Below, in pieces: positions 50,601 through 64,000 of a stretch of 64,000 nucleotides of DNA. Every line of letters begins with the position of its first letter. The first letter of the stretch is position 1. This stretch comes from Azolla caroliniana (taxonomy: Eukaryota > Plantae > Polypodiophyta). The stretch is taken from NCBI GenBank assembly GCA_043228905.1, contig JBHGNT010000013.1, forward strand, positions 11,160,001 through 11,224,000. The letters are read 5' to 3'. The translations under genes were made by a program, and so were the position numbers. The notes under the pieces are model-generated. The model saw only the letters and a program-made list of their open reading frames with translations. It was not told the origin of the DNA and did not search any database.

Positions 50601-53283
50601 CCAAACACCCTTAGGTGTCGGTAGGAGACATCCTTTCCTGTTCGTGCACCCTTTGTTGGACATCACCTTTCAATGGTACTGAGGGAGACCTATTGATTAG
50701 ATAAATAGCTCCATACATCACCTCAGCCCAATAAGGTTTTGGCAGCTTAACATGCGACATCTTGCTCCTTACTCTCCCCATGATTGTTCGATTCATCCTC
50801 TCTACAAGCCTGTTCAACTCATGGGTCTTCGGCATTGTGTATTCGATTCAATTACCTTGGGCCTTGCAGTATTCTTCTAAATGCGCTTTATATTCGCCAC
50901 CGTTATCGGTTCAGACAACCTTCAACTTCCGAACCGATCTTCTTTCTACCCTTGCCTAGAACTCCTCGAATAATGACAATACTTGGTCCTTCGACTTTAG
51001 TATGAAAGCCCACAACTTCCGACTATAGTCATCAATGAGCGTCATGAAGTACTATCCACCTCGATGCGATGGAGCATCTACATTGCACACATTCGTGTGT
51101 ACCAATTCCAGTGGCATCTCTCTTCTTCTTGGTGTTCTTGAGTGGAATGTTGCTCTGTTTTGCTTTCCAACTAAGCAATCGACACAGTTCTCCAATTGTA
51201 CTCCTTTCACTTTTGGAAGAAGTTCCTAGTCAGCCAGGATGTGCATTCCTTTTCACTCATGTGGCCTGGCCTCTTATGCCATAACTCTCCACTTGAGTCG
51301 GCTGCCACATTCACTTCCGACTTTGCACAGTCGGGCATGCATCATATACAATGTGCCCTCTTTCTGTGCTCGGGCCACTATGAGGTTTCCCAGCCAGAAC
51401 TTCAACTTTCCGTTTCGAAAGCTACCATTGTAGCCTTCATCATCAAACCTTCCAATCGATATCAGGTTCAATCTGATATCGGGGACATGTCGAACTTCCC
51501 TCCGGGTCAGTCGACAATCTGTCGACGTCATCAGGCTTATAGTTCCTACACTAGCTATTTGGTAGTTCCTATACCAACTATCTCCCATCTTTACATAGCC
51601 ATGATCCCCGGCTATGTAAGTCAAGAAGCACTCTCTCGACATAGTGATATGGATGGATGCACCAGAGTCAATCACCTAGGTGCACTCTTCACTTGCAAGA
51701 TTTGTGCTTGCCTACTCACAGATGAACATGATCTCCTCTACACTTGTAGCAACGGCCGAAGTACCCTTTTCATCATGAATCTTCTTGGGTTCGACACCAT
51801 TACCGACGCCTTTTTCCTTCCCCATGTGTCGGTAGTCCTTCTGAAAGTGTCTAGGATTTCCACAATAGCAGCATGTTAGCTTACCTCTAGACTTGGACCT
51901 GGCTTGGGACTTTTCTCTCCTTGGTGGACTTCTTTGCCAGTTTCTTCCTCTGCCTGTTTGTTGAGTCAAGTTTGACTCTGACTAAGACAAGAAAATCTTG
52001 TCCATCTTGTCTCCTCGTTCAAGATGCTTGTCTTTACCAATTGTAGAGACAAGTTCTCTTCTGGACACGAGGTGCTGAGAGTCACCACTAGATTCTCCCA
52101 GCTATCCGGCATTACTCAGTAGCAGGATGGCTTGCATTGCATCCTCAAGGGGAAATTTAGTTGCCACAAGTTGGTTCCCATACCCCATGAATGTGCGTAC
52201 GTGCTCAACTATGCTTTCCCCGTCCCTGTATTTCAGCCTTACAATCTTTCCCATCAAAGATGTTTTGTTGAGGGCGTTCCCCCTCTCATACAGATCTGAG
52301 AGCTTCTACCACATCTCATAGGCATTTGTGTCATTCGCCACATGTTGAAGGACACTTACATCGACGCATTGTCTGATGGTGACCACCGCCTTTCTGTTCA
52401 AAAGTTTCCATTCAGACTCTAATAACCTCGTGGGTATTTCAGCTCTGTCGATGGGATTGTATAGGTCTTTCGACTAGCCGACTCTAGTCTCAACTGTCCA
52501 GTCGGCCCAACTAAATGGCCTTCTTATCAACCATTCAATTGTCGGCTCTCGGTCCGAGTCCAACTAATTGGCCATGTCTTCAACTTGGATCACCTTTTGA
52601 ACTGTTGACTCCTCTTTGTCATCGACTATCAGCTCTCAGCCCGACCAGTCGACTACTCCTTATCTTCGACTGTCGGCTCTCGGTCCGAGTCTCGACCAAT
52701 TGGTGAAGAGAAATGCACGGAATATCGCTCGGCCACAACCGAGTAGTAAATCACTTCTATAAGAATCAAACACAGAAATGGGAAGTGGAGAGTACACAAG
52801 AAAATGACACATGATGTTTACGTGGAAAACCCTAATAGGGAAAAACCACGGGAGCCCACAGACTCCGAACTATCACTATGAAGAGAAGGGGTACAATCAG
52901 AGACTCGGAGGCAATGACCTCGAGCTTTGTTTCTTCGCACAATGGCGGTTACAATAGAGTATCGCTATGTATCTCTCTCTCTGTACAGCAATTATAGCAA
53001 TATGACAACAACACAATCATGCACACTCACTCTAAAGTGATTGCCCTAAGTCATATTTATAGTTATATGAACTTAGGGCTATTTACAAATATAGCCTCAA
53101 TGGGCTTATTCAAGACATATTTACAAATTTGTTTTCTCTTCCGATTCTCATCGGGTCCACCGATCTGGTTTCCGGATCTCTTCCGGTTCTCATCGGGTCC
53201 TCTTTATTCATCACCGGATCCCATCCGGAGAGACCGATTTTCCCAATAGTCGGCTCTCCCATAGGAGGGACATATTCCTAACA
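47661..53283 (-). mobile_element. Decayed Tork/Tnt1-like copia element: 3' LTR 47661-48237, 5' LTR truncated and interrupted
   Basis: CCHC CCYCGNPRHFQKD, IDSGAS, LLYVDDML, FTDSDMSG, LHCDNQSAIHL. PPT AAGGGGGATTT. TSD CATTC/CATTG. A deletion near 52470 removes the PBS and gag start. A 255-bp tandem duplication lies at ~48780-49280. Confidence 0.92.
52704..53248 (-). mobile_element. Solo LTR (same family as 28222) inserted in the 5' LTR of the copia
   Basis: Colinear similarity to the reverse complement of 28222-28757. Degenerate TSD ATTGG/GTCGG. Confidence 0.85.
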
Positions 53284-53828
53284 CATTGCATATTGTTTAC
53301 CTCATGCAATGCCTACTCAAAAGCGTGGACCTTAGATTAAGTCAATTCCCTCATAGCCCCAACAAGGGTGGTTTTTGACAATGGATGCTTCTAAACATGG
53401 TGTTGCTCATCTAGGTGATGATCACTTGCAACATCCTAGGTGTTAATGATGTACATGTTGGTTCAACAATGGCACAACCTTTCTGGAAGATAAAGTTGGC
53501 TACCAGGGTGTGTTTAGTCGCATAACTTGGAAATCAACTAAAATTTTTATCATCATCAAATGCACATCAAAAGCCAACATACTTTATAGTGTTATATGTT
53601 TTAACCTTAATGTTCGAGTGGATTAAACGCATGATAGGCTACTTTGTGGTCTTTTTGCTTGGAGCAACATGAGCCAAGTGGTCATGACTTGCCCTATACT
53701 AAGAAAGCGGTATATATGTGGTTGTTGCATGTATATGAAAGAAACACCTAATTGAACCATATCTTCATGAACATAATAAGAGTAGAGTTCGATATGTTTG
53801 GTCCTACCCTAAAAAACTAGAGTTTAAG

Positions 53829-54259
53829 TAACAATCGGCAATGGTTCTGTTCAGTTTGAGAGTGTCAAAACCGAATCGTTTAAAATTTTTGAAACTTGAA
53901 CTGAACCGAACCGAACCGAACCACGAAACTGATAAGACAAACTGTTCAAAAAAATTCAAACCATTAAAATCGTGGGCTCGGTTTCGGTTTCGGTTTTCAA
54001 CTTAGGTCAAAATTCAAATTTTAAATTTTAAATTTTCAAAAATTTAAAGATTTTCCTAAATGTGAGAATAATTCTTGAAATGAAAAGATAGTTTAAAAAA
54101 TAAAATTTAAAAACCGTTAAACCACGGTTTCCAACTATTGAAACCGAATTGAACCATTTTAAAAAATTTGAACTTGAACCGAACCGTTTAAATCATTAAG
54201 TTGTTAAGCCTCGGTTTCGCGGTTCGGATCGGTTCAAATTGAACCGTTGCCGACTGTTA
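53829..54259. mobile_element. hAT-type MITE
   Basis: TIRs TAACAATCGGCAATGGTTC / GAACCGTTGCCGACTGTTA, TSD AGTTTAAG/AATTTAAG, AACCG repeats. Confidence 0.85.
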
Positions 54260-54289
54260 AATTTAAGCCAAACATTAAAAAAGTTATAT

Positions 54290-55990
54290 GCTATCAAAAA
54301 ATAATTGAATTAGCCTTTGTACAATAACTTCAAGAACTTTTGAACAACATCCCCGTTCATACAATATCATAGGTTGCTTTTATGACAACTCTATACTCAA
54401 CTTCAATTTTGTTTAAAGCAATTGTTGGTGGTTTCAACATCCATTAGAGTACTAACAAATGATACACCATTCTATTTGTGCTATTTCTTGACGCTTTACC
54501 TCCTACCCAATTTACATCACAATGTACCCCAATAGACAATTCATTGTTAGTGTACATCAATCCAAAATGTATCCTGTCTTTGACATATATAAAAATTCTC
54601 TTAACTACAAACGTATGTGTATGCTTAAGTTTTTAAATAAATTTGTTGACAATGTTAACAACATATGCAACAAGATTTGCATTAGTTTCCATTGGTGTTT
54701 TAATGGGTTGACAATTTGCAAGTCAAATGATTTTAACATATCATATATATTTCTAACACAACATAAGACTGTTAATTCTCGACAACAATTTCATGTGCCA
54801 TTTTTCCTTAATGCATCCATTTCTTCTTGCACAGCTTCTCGACATCATTTTTTTACATGTTTCTTGATAAGTACTTGGTTCAACACCATGTTCAATTTTG
54901 TACATAAACAAATGATGTTCTACAAATAATGAATAAGAAGTTATTCTATCGATAGGTTTCCTTATCCATTGTGATCGACATGACTCCATGATTCATATTC
55001 TTCTGCTTGTGATTCTTCTTCTTTTCCTTTTTCTTCGTTATTTTCTACAATTGTTCTTGTGTGTGGCATACCTACACTTTACATTCAAAATCTAGGGAAA
55101 TCATTTTTTCATTGAATTTGACATAAGAAGAAACAGAAAATTTCTTACTTTCTAGATTATAACATTGATATCCAATTTTTATATAGCTCCTCGACATCAT
55201 TTTTTTACATGTTTCTTGATAAGTACTTGGTTCAACACCATGTTCAATTTTGTACATAAACAAATGATGTTCTACAAATAATGAATAATAAGTTGTTCTA
55301 TCGATAGGTTTCCTTATCCATTGTGATCGACATGACTCACAAATGACTCCATGATTCATATTCTTCTGGTTGTGGTTCTTCTTCTTTTCCTTTTTCTTCA
55401 TTATTTTCTACAATTGTTCTTGTCGGTGGCATATGTACGTCTTACACTCAAAATTCTGGAAAATCATTTTTTCATTGAATTTGACATAAGAAGAAACAGA
55501 AAATTTCTTACTTTCTAGATTATAACATTGATATCCAATTTTTATATAAATAGTACCCATAAAACCATTTTGATTTAATGCTCTTTCTTCAAGTTTATTC
55601 TGACCTTGTCTAGGCGCAAGCACATGATAAATGCATTCAAACAATCTTAAACAATCAACTCTTAGCTTTTGTCCTAAACATGAACTCATAAGGTGCATTA
55701 TTTTTAAAATTGGTTGGCATTATGTGAATAATGTTTCCGCATAATACCATGCATTTTCCCAAAACAACTTTTGAACATTCATTTCAAATATCATGACTTT
55801 AACAAAGTCTAAGTAATGTTGATTTTCTTATTCGGTTACTCCATCTATTTTAGAAGTGTACTTTAGTGTTATTTATCTCATTATTCCATTCTTGTTTAAA
55901 TATTGAAAAAACTCATGAGTCATGACATATACTCACTAGTGACCACCACCATTAGTTTTGAAAGCTTTTATTTTTCTACTCAACATGAGG
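54290..55990 (-). mobile_element. Ancient AT-drifted copia pol remnant with a ~352-bp tandem duplication (54838-55546)
   Basis: LRLFECIYHV..KLEERAL..GYQCYNLESKKFSVSSYVKFNE (SH3-like) and VEPSTYQET occur duplicated. Confidence 0.7.
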
Positions 55991-55997
55991 AGTTACT

Positions 55998-56670
55998 TAG
56001 GGATTGGCAATGGTTCGGCTCAAGCCTAAACCGTTTAGCTAAAATGGTTTTAAAGGGATTAGCGGCTTAGCGGCTCGGGTAAGCTTGGTTTAGGCTTGAG
56101 CCTACCTAAACGGTTTGAGCTTGGCTCAGCTCGGCTTGAGCCTTGCCAAACTGGCTCAAACCGTTTAAGACATTTATAAGATTTAAGAATTAGGGTTTAG
56201 AAAGTTAGAAATTAGACAATTAGAAGTTTGAAGTTTGAACATGAAAGTTGACTGAGAGACTGGCAGGAAGCCATAGGCAACATATTGTTGAGTGATGAGA
56301 GAGGGAGGGACAGAGAGGGAGAGAGAGCTTGCATAGTGGACGACCAGGGGACCTCCTTCCTGTTTAGTGTTATATACATTCTTTGGAAAAGGATTGGATC
56401 ACCAAGAGTGATAAGTCGCCATAGCCTCAGGCCTCGTGGTTTGGGTGGTGGCGGAGGGGGTGGGAGTTATGAGGAGGAGAAGAAGAGTAGGAAGAGCTTT
56501 TTTGTCCCAAATCAGTTCCCAAACTGCTTCACAAACCGATTCCTAAACCGTTTTAGGGATCGGTTTGGTTTGGTTCAGGTTTGAGAACCCTAAAACGGTT
56601 TAGGCTTAACCAGTTTGGCTTGGATAAGGCCAAACCGGTGAAGCCTAAACCGAACCGTTGTCGATTCCTA
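55998..56670. mobile_element. hAT-type MITE
   Basis: TIRs TAGGGATTGGCAATGGTTCGG / CCGAACCGTTGTCGATTCCTA, TSD GAGTTACT/GAGTTAGT. Confidence 0.88.
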
Positions 56671-59344
56671 GAGTTAGTCACCTTGGTGCACACCAACATT
56701 TGCAGTCTTGCACCACAAGAATCTTTTGGATCAACCACCTATTTCACCATTGTTATCAATGATCCTAGGTACAAAATTTGGGGTTGAAATAGATGCCTTT
56801 AAGTGCTTTTGAAATGGCTTAACTACGTGAAATTGAATCAAATTCTCGACTTAAATCCTTGCATAGTGATAAATATCTATCTAATCTACTCAAATCATTT
56901 TGCTTTTCTTGTGGTATGCAAAAGGAATTAGCCTCCACTCCATATCATAATGACATCACAAAAATGATGAACTGAACAATCAAAGAATGTGTCATGAACA
57001 TGCATTCTCATGAAGAATTGCTTGTCAACCTCTCTAGCAAATGTGCCTATCATTTGAAAATCCCACCTAATGAAAAACCTAGTAAGTCTAAAACTCATTT
57101 TGTTGCAAAAGAACTTTAGCGCACATGAGATAGTTTCTATCTTCATCAAAATATCCAACCTTTGGTGTTTCCTCTTAGTTGTTACCATGCTTGTAATGGA
57201 ATATAAGGCAAATGGCAATAAAAACTATCTTCCTTTACTTGGTGGTGTGACACATGTTGCTACTCAATATGTGTGTCATGAGTTATCTCAATCTTAGTCC
57301 AGTCTTTTGATCTCATAAAAAAAGATGATCAAGATACCATTCATGACATTGCATCAAAGACAAGAAGTTTTCTTTGTGAAATATTTTTGCTTTCACCATA
57401 GTTTTGAACACAAACTTCAAATTAGGTCAAATATCACATGTAAAGCTCATAAACTTCTTCCCTTTAAGACCACATCAAAATTGCCATTTAAGTGCTATTA
57501 AGAACACTTACAAGGCAATCATTAATACAATTTAGTAAGATATGATTAGGATAAATACTTGAAGTGGTTAGAAATATATTGCCTTACTTCCACGAGCCAT
57601 GTCTAATTATATGCCTTATTTTCTTCACAATACCACTATAGAGAGAACTTGTTACAAGAGAAGGTATTAGTCAGGAAGTATTGTTACAAGAGATGGTATT
57701 AGTTTATTATGTTTCTCCCCTTTTACATTTAGTATGCATACGGACATTCTTGGAATATAAATAGTTATAGTTAACAAGCATGAGATCATGGCATATGGTT
57801 ATATTTAGAATCTTTGTAAAGAAGTCAATTATGGAGCGATGGTTCTTATTCTTCTTTGGAGCTTCTCATTATTATTTTTGTTTTTATCAAGCTAATACGG
57901 AATGTACAAAGCTCTTTATTTATGCATTTCTCGTAATGCATATTAGTAGAATTAGTTAATCTATTGTTATTGTATGCCAATGACATATATTAACAAACTA
58001 CTGTACAACTTTATGCAATTGAGCCTATGAATCAATAATGAAGAACATCTTTGTGACAAAGCTAAGATATATGTTAACACTACAAGGCATGCATAAGAGC
58101 CCAAATATGTGTGTCTTGCATAGGCATGGAAGGTTTCAACATCCATAGTATCTATTTTATGACATGTATCTCATTTCTTTGTCCCAATTGATAAATGTAT
58201 ACATACACAAGGATAGAAGGACGAGGTCCTAAGGACAATCCAACAATATATGACAAATGAGAAATCATTGAATATTCATATGAAGTACTCTTTTATGTGC
58301 AACACAACAATTGGACTAGCCCATGTGATGTCTTAAAAAGTCTTAAATAACATTTCACTCATCTAGCAAGAATGAGTAATTAAATATAGTGCAAGATTTA
58401 ACTGTCTCTAGCAAGGACAAATCACTAAATATACATACCAAGTACACTTTCATTTGGGGAATGATTGGAGTGACCTATATATATTTATGCATTAAAGTAT
58501 CAAAGAACGACTGATTGCAAAATAGAGGTTCGCGTAAAGATTGATAGCCTCCAAGGAGAATTCCAAGAAGTATGACGTAGTCCCGAAATTCTTCTTGAAA
58601 CTCATTCAATAGGACGAGTGTGGATTATAATTTTTGGTCCCAATAAGGTAGAGCATTTGGTGAACTCACTACCATCAATATAAATAAATACACTAAACTC
58701 TAGGAGGGATCTGAAAGGAAAACCCATGTGTGTATTTTGATTAGTTGTGGAAGGACATTCCATTAGTCACAGTCGATTGTGTCCTAACTTGGAAAAAACA
58801 CACATGAAATTTAGTCCCAAAATGTCAAGCAAATATTAGTTTCAAATTTGGCCAAGCTTATGATTATTTCATACCTCACATTCTTTATATGTATATAACA
58901 ATATGTTTTTATTTAGACAATAAGAATTTATATTGTTTTTTATCGAATGTTATCATTTGTAATTATTATGTTGGCTAACATTACCTCTTTAAAGAGACAT
59001 TCTTATTGTTTCGAGCATAGAATGAACCATACGTATCATATGTGCATTCGCACTCGAGAATGATTCAATCAAACGTGTATGGTAAATCATCTCAAAGTTG
59101 GATTGGATTGACTATGGTCTATATTATATATTGATTCACTCTCAATCCCAACAAGTGAACTCTAATCCATTGTGAACCACCAACATAAGTATGGTTGCTA
59201 TATTTGCATTGACATGCATACTTTTGGGATGCTTCTTAAGAATCAAGACATCTCTATCATCCTCACTTTAGAACTTTACAAAAAAATGAGAATAAACTAT
59301 AGAGATTGAATCAAAATATGTCATTATAAATTATAATCAAACGT

Positions 59345-59950
59345 TCAAAAACTCATAAAATGTATATTCGAGAATATGAAGAAAACATGACATAGGTAAT
59401 AGTAGCATAACAATTTACCACTAGGGTGACCTAATTTCTAATAACAAAGAAAGAAAGAAAGAAAGAAAGAAAAACGATCAAAAACTCATAAAACGTATAT
59501 TCGAGAATATGAAGAAAACATGACATAGGCAGTAGTAGCATAACAACTTACCACTAGGGTGACCTAATTTCTAATAACAAAGAAAAAAAAAGGAACATGA
59601 CACTAACATAAAAATTTGCCATGACATAGGCAGTTGTAGCATAACAACTTACCACTAGGGTGAGCTAATTTGTAATAACAAAGAAAGAAAGAAAAAGGAA
59701 CATGACACTAACATAAAAATTTGCCATGACACTAACAAGAGGATATGAGAAAGTTGAGAATTGAACCTAGGACACAAATAATAGTAGCACAACAACTTAC
59801 CACTAGGTTGTGCTTAGTTCTAATAATAAAATGTTGCTATGACATGATGAGAAAATTGGCAATCAAACCCAAGACATAGACAACAATAGCATGACTCCTT
59901 ACCACTAGGGTGAGCTGAATTTATATTGACAATAAATGAAAAAAAAGAAA
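59345..59950. repeat. Degenerate ~110-150-bp tandem repeat (~5 copies)
   Basis: TAGCATAACAACTTACCACTAGGGTGA..TAATAACAAAGAAA recurs. Confidence 0.8.
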
Positions 59951-60194
59951 AGAAAAGATGTATTTTTCCCTTTTCAAACGTGTTCGTTTCCAAATGTTTG
60001 AATGCTTGCACGAACACAAATATTACGTTCTATGCAAGCCCTACATTAAATTGAATAAAATAAGGGGTATGCTTGAGTGAAACTATTGGCCTATGACATA
60101 AGTTTGACATAAGCTTTTAAAGTTTTGTTTTTACTGTTTACATTTCAATATCATAACTTTTCACATTGCATGTGTACATTTCCAATACACCCTT

Positions 60195-60555
60195 GTGTCT
60201 TTGGGTCTCAAAAGTGCACCAACAATTTTTCAACATATGACAAAACAACATTTTCCATAACTTCTTGGCCATCTTCACAATAGCTTATCTCAATGATATC
60301 TCGACTTATTCAAAAACTTAAGAAGATTATAATATCTATGTTTGTCAAATTCTATAACGTTGTCAACTTAGAGAAGTATAACTTCGACAACAACGAAGTG
60401 GTTTTTTTGGAATGTATAGTCTCATGGGAAGGGGTCTCGATGGATCTTGCGAAGGTTCAAACTATTCGAGAATGGGAAACACCATGATCAGTGTGGAACC
60501 TGTAATGCTTCTTGGAAAATTTTACCCTCCACTGTAAGTTCATCAAGAATTGTTA
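60195..60555 (+). mobile_element. Gypsy RT remnant
   Basis: FGSQKCTNNFST-like segment and EVVFLECIVSWEGVSMDLAKVQTIREWETP. Confidence 0.65.
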
Positions 60556-61422
60556 ATGTTCATGGATTACACATCCATAATCATCATGAATCAAACCATA
60601 TCATTCTTTTTCCTAGATAACTAATTGATATTGAAGGAACTAACATGGTTATTATAATCCTAGGGTATGGTCAATTTATCCTTCATCATTAAGGTTTAAT
60701 ACACCTAAGCAAAACTCTACATGAGAGTTTGTCTTTTAGAATTTGACTTAGGTGCCTTAAACCTTAATAAAGTAGAAGGAAAAAAACTTTATTGCTCTCC
60801 AAAGTCATAGGGAGTGCTCATTTAGGACCAAGAATTGTGGATGAAACTTCTTTGCTTAAAAGATAAATAAGGCATATTAAGATCTTTTGTATAGTTTTGC
60901 ATGGATTCTCATAATTTGTTATGTAATTAGTATGTAATCAAGATGGATATTATTTTACGTATGGATGTATACATTTATTGTGTACTAGCATTCTATTATT
61001 ACTAAATTTAGCTTGTTGACTAGCATTCTATCTCCATAATCACATAACTTAATACCATTTCCCCTTTTAACATGAACTTATATTTGTCTCATCAATGAGA
61101 GGGAAGCATTTACACTCCTTGATTTGTAACACAAATAACCCATTAGCTCTAGAATCATAAAAGACAAATGAAAATGTGTAATTGTATGCTTGCGTAAATT
61201 AGGGGTAAGAAGGAGAAATCCTAGGTAGGTCAAGAAGCTAAACATTGTTTGTTGTGTGAGAGAATTAAAGCCCTACTATTTAAAGAAACTTTAGTCCCTA
61301 GAAAAGTTGTGTGTTGCTTGTGCCATTGGCCTCATTGAAATTTTATACTGTAGTTTCATCTAGTGCACACCAACCTTCTGTAGGTATCTCTTAGTGCCGC
61401 TTCTTTACTTGCATAGAGAATG

Positions 61423-64000
61423 TGTAGAAAGTAGCGTGCCGAAGCAAGTATGAAGACCGAACAAAAGGAAGAACGCTCAGGTTTAATGGAGAGCTTGAGC
61501 TTACACAATATACGAGGGAGAGACAGAGAGAGAGTGAGAGAGAAAACAAAAGAACTATATTCAACAAAACATCACTCAATCTCTATTCACCACTCTATAC
61601 ATATGTGTGTTCAATGAACACTTTTATACAAGTCCTAGAAGGATTGACAGAAGTACTGACAGTACTTCAATGCTCATTAAGAGCTCCTACACTAACTCCC
61701 AAATATATTCCTCACAGAATATCTTTCCTAACGGCGTCCCGGTTTACGCACCGATCCGACCCTACCTACGCACCGGTCTGCATACCGGTTTACGCATTCG
61801 GCCTAACCGATCGGTCCCAACCGATCCGGTCCTCGGCTTCTTCAGCCGATCCGGCCGATGTTGAGCTTGTCTCTCAACACTCCCCCTCAAGCTCAACTTG
61901 AGGCTCTTCGGGATCTTTGGGCTCACAACTCCGGTTCCTCCTGGCTTCATGCCTCGCTCGCGCTCCTCGACCTGTTCGACTCCGCGCGCTTCGACCCTTC
62001 CGGTCGGCTTGTCTGCTCATGTGGCCCTTATCAGCTCTTCTACTGTTGCGATGTTGACGCTTCTCCTGCTACCTTTTCTTCCGTTTGGGCCTCGGTTGAT
62101 TCAACGTATCTGAATCAAACATCCGAACCGACTCGGCTACCTCCGATCGGTTTTCGCTCTCATCTGAGTTGGTTGTCTCCAACTTGTCTTCGGTCTTCTC
62201 GCCCTCGATGGCGTCATCTTCCCCATGCATGGTTGGCTTCGGCTCTCTCCTTCGGCTGTTCCCCTTCTGTCCGCTTCCGGACTTTTCCGCGGGTCCGCCC
62301 TCGGCTTCTTCAGCCGATCCGAAGTCGAACTCGACAACCGACTCGGTGTCGCGGTCTCCGCTCCTTTCCTGCTGCCTTGCTTGGTTGTTCGGGACTATTC
62401 TCCCCCTCAAGTTTGGCACGTCGAGGTGACGCAATCCGAGCGCACCGGAGAATTGCTACAACTTGTCCAGACCAAGAGGCTTAGTGAAGATGTCAGCAGT
62501 TTGCCGATCCGTCGGCACGTACTGAAGTTCGATTTCACCGAAAAGGACACGCTCACGGACGAAATGGTAGTGCACCTCAATGTGCTTGGTCCGTGCGTGG
62601 AAAACGGGGTTTTTAGCGAGCTGGATGCTGCTGAGGTTGTCGCAGTAGATCGTCGTCGGATCTGACACCTCCTCTTGCAGGTCCTTAAGTAGCCGCTTCA
62701 ACCATATGGCTTCGCATGTCGCGACAGCCGCTCCTCAGTACTCAACTTCGGTGCTCGACAGTGCAATTGTCGGCTGCTTCTTACTGCTCCACGCGATCGC
62801 GGCACTCCCGAGGGAGAACGCGTATCCGGACGTGGATCGGCGATCAGCGGCGTTGCCAGCCCAATCATCATCGGTGTAGCCGACTAACTGCACGACTGCA
62901 CCGGTTTGATATAGCAGTCCCTGATCCTTAGTGCCGTTGACATACCGAAGTATGCGTTGTGCACACTGAAGGTGCTCCTTGGTAGGTCGCGCCATGAACT
63001 GACTGATCACCCCGACCGGATAACTGAGGTCGGGTTGGGTGATGGTCAAGTATATGAGGCTTTCGACAATTTTTCGGAACCTCGTCGGGTCGCATACCTT
63101 TCCCGTATTGGGACGAAGCTTGACGGTTCTGTCCAGAGGAGTCGAGACGAACTTACAGTCGGCCAACCCGAATTTGAAGAGCATAGTCAGCACGTAATGA
63201 CGTTGGCTGATCAATATGCCTTCGGGGGTACGGATCACTTCGATCCCGAGGAAGTAATGAAGGTCCCCCAGATCCTTCATGTCGAACGATATCGCAAGCT
63301 GGAGCTTCACGCGGTCGATTTCACCTAGGTCGGCGCCGGTGATGACCAAGTCATCAACATATAGTAAAATACTAACCGGTCCGAGTCGACCTTTCCGGAT
63401 GAACAGGGAAGAGTCCGATTTTGACGTGACGAAGCCCATCCGACGCAGTTGTTGCGTGATCTTCGTGTTCCAGGCACGCGGGGCTTGCTTCAGTCCGTAA
63501 AGGGACTTCTTCAGTCGGCATACTGCCGAGGAGTTCGTTCCGGAGTGAAATCCGGGGGGCTGTACCATGTACACCTGTTCCTCAAGGTCACCTTGCAGGA
63601 AAGCATTCTTTACATCCATATGATGTAAGTGCCACCCCTTCACCGCAGCTACTGCGAGCAAAACACGGACGGTCGTCATTTTCGCGATTGGTGCAAATGT
63701 CTCATCGTAGTCGATGCCGTGTTTCTGCGCGTAGCCTTTTGGCACTAGCTGAGAGCCTTGTACCGGTTGACCGAGCCATCAGTGTTGTACTTGACCTTGT
63801 ACACCCATCTACACCCGATCGGTTTTACCCCTCTTGGTGCGTCAACCAGGTCCTAGGTCTCGTTCTCCGCCAATGCGTGCATCTCTTCCTCCATCGCGGC
63901 ACGCCAATTCGCGTCTTTAGCCGCTTTTGCGTAGCTCTCTGGCTCACGCACTTTCGCTACACGGGTCATGTACGCATAATGATGCGCCATGTACTCGTTG
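61423..64000 (-). mobile_element. Ty1/copia 3' half (RT, RNase H, tail, PPT, 3' LTR 61423-61879); same family as 4402-10721
   Basis: 336-aa RT ORF with DVKNAFL, LKKSLYGLKQAPRAW, YVDD. Also KHIEVHYHFVRE and PPT GAGGGGGAG. Confidence 0.95.

Overview
Eukaryotic land-plant nuclear DNA, AT-rich and dense in retrotransposons. The repeat families suggest a fern or other non-seed plant (inference). There are two host genes, both on the minus strand. One is a 28-exon SMARCAL1/HARP-like SNF2 annealing helicase (14798-24855, 928 aa as reconstructed by hand) that appears to carry three tandem HARP domains built from a triplicated exon cassette. The other is an intronless P-class PPR gene (43761-45290). 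The rest is nested and decayed transposons: several Ty1/copia copies of one family, a Tork/Tnt1-like copia, three solo LTRs, four hAT-type MITEs, a LINE remnant and tandem repeats. Two Ty3/gypsy elements with intact target-site duplications have inverted internal segments joined to pieces of their own LTRs. One of these is a chromovirus with a Tf1-type self-priming PBS. No rRNA, tRNA or CRISPR array was found.
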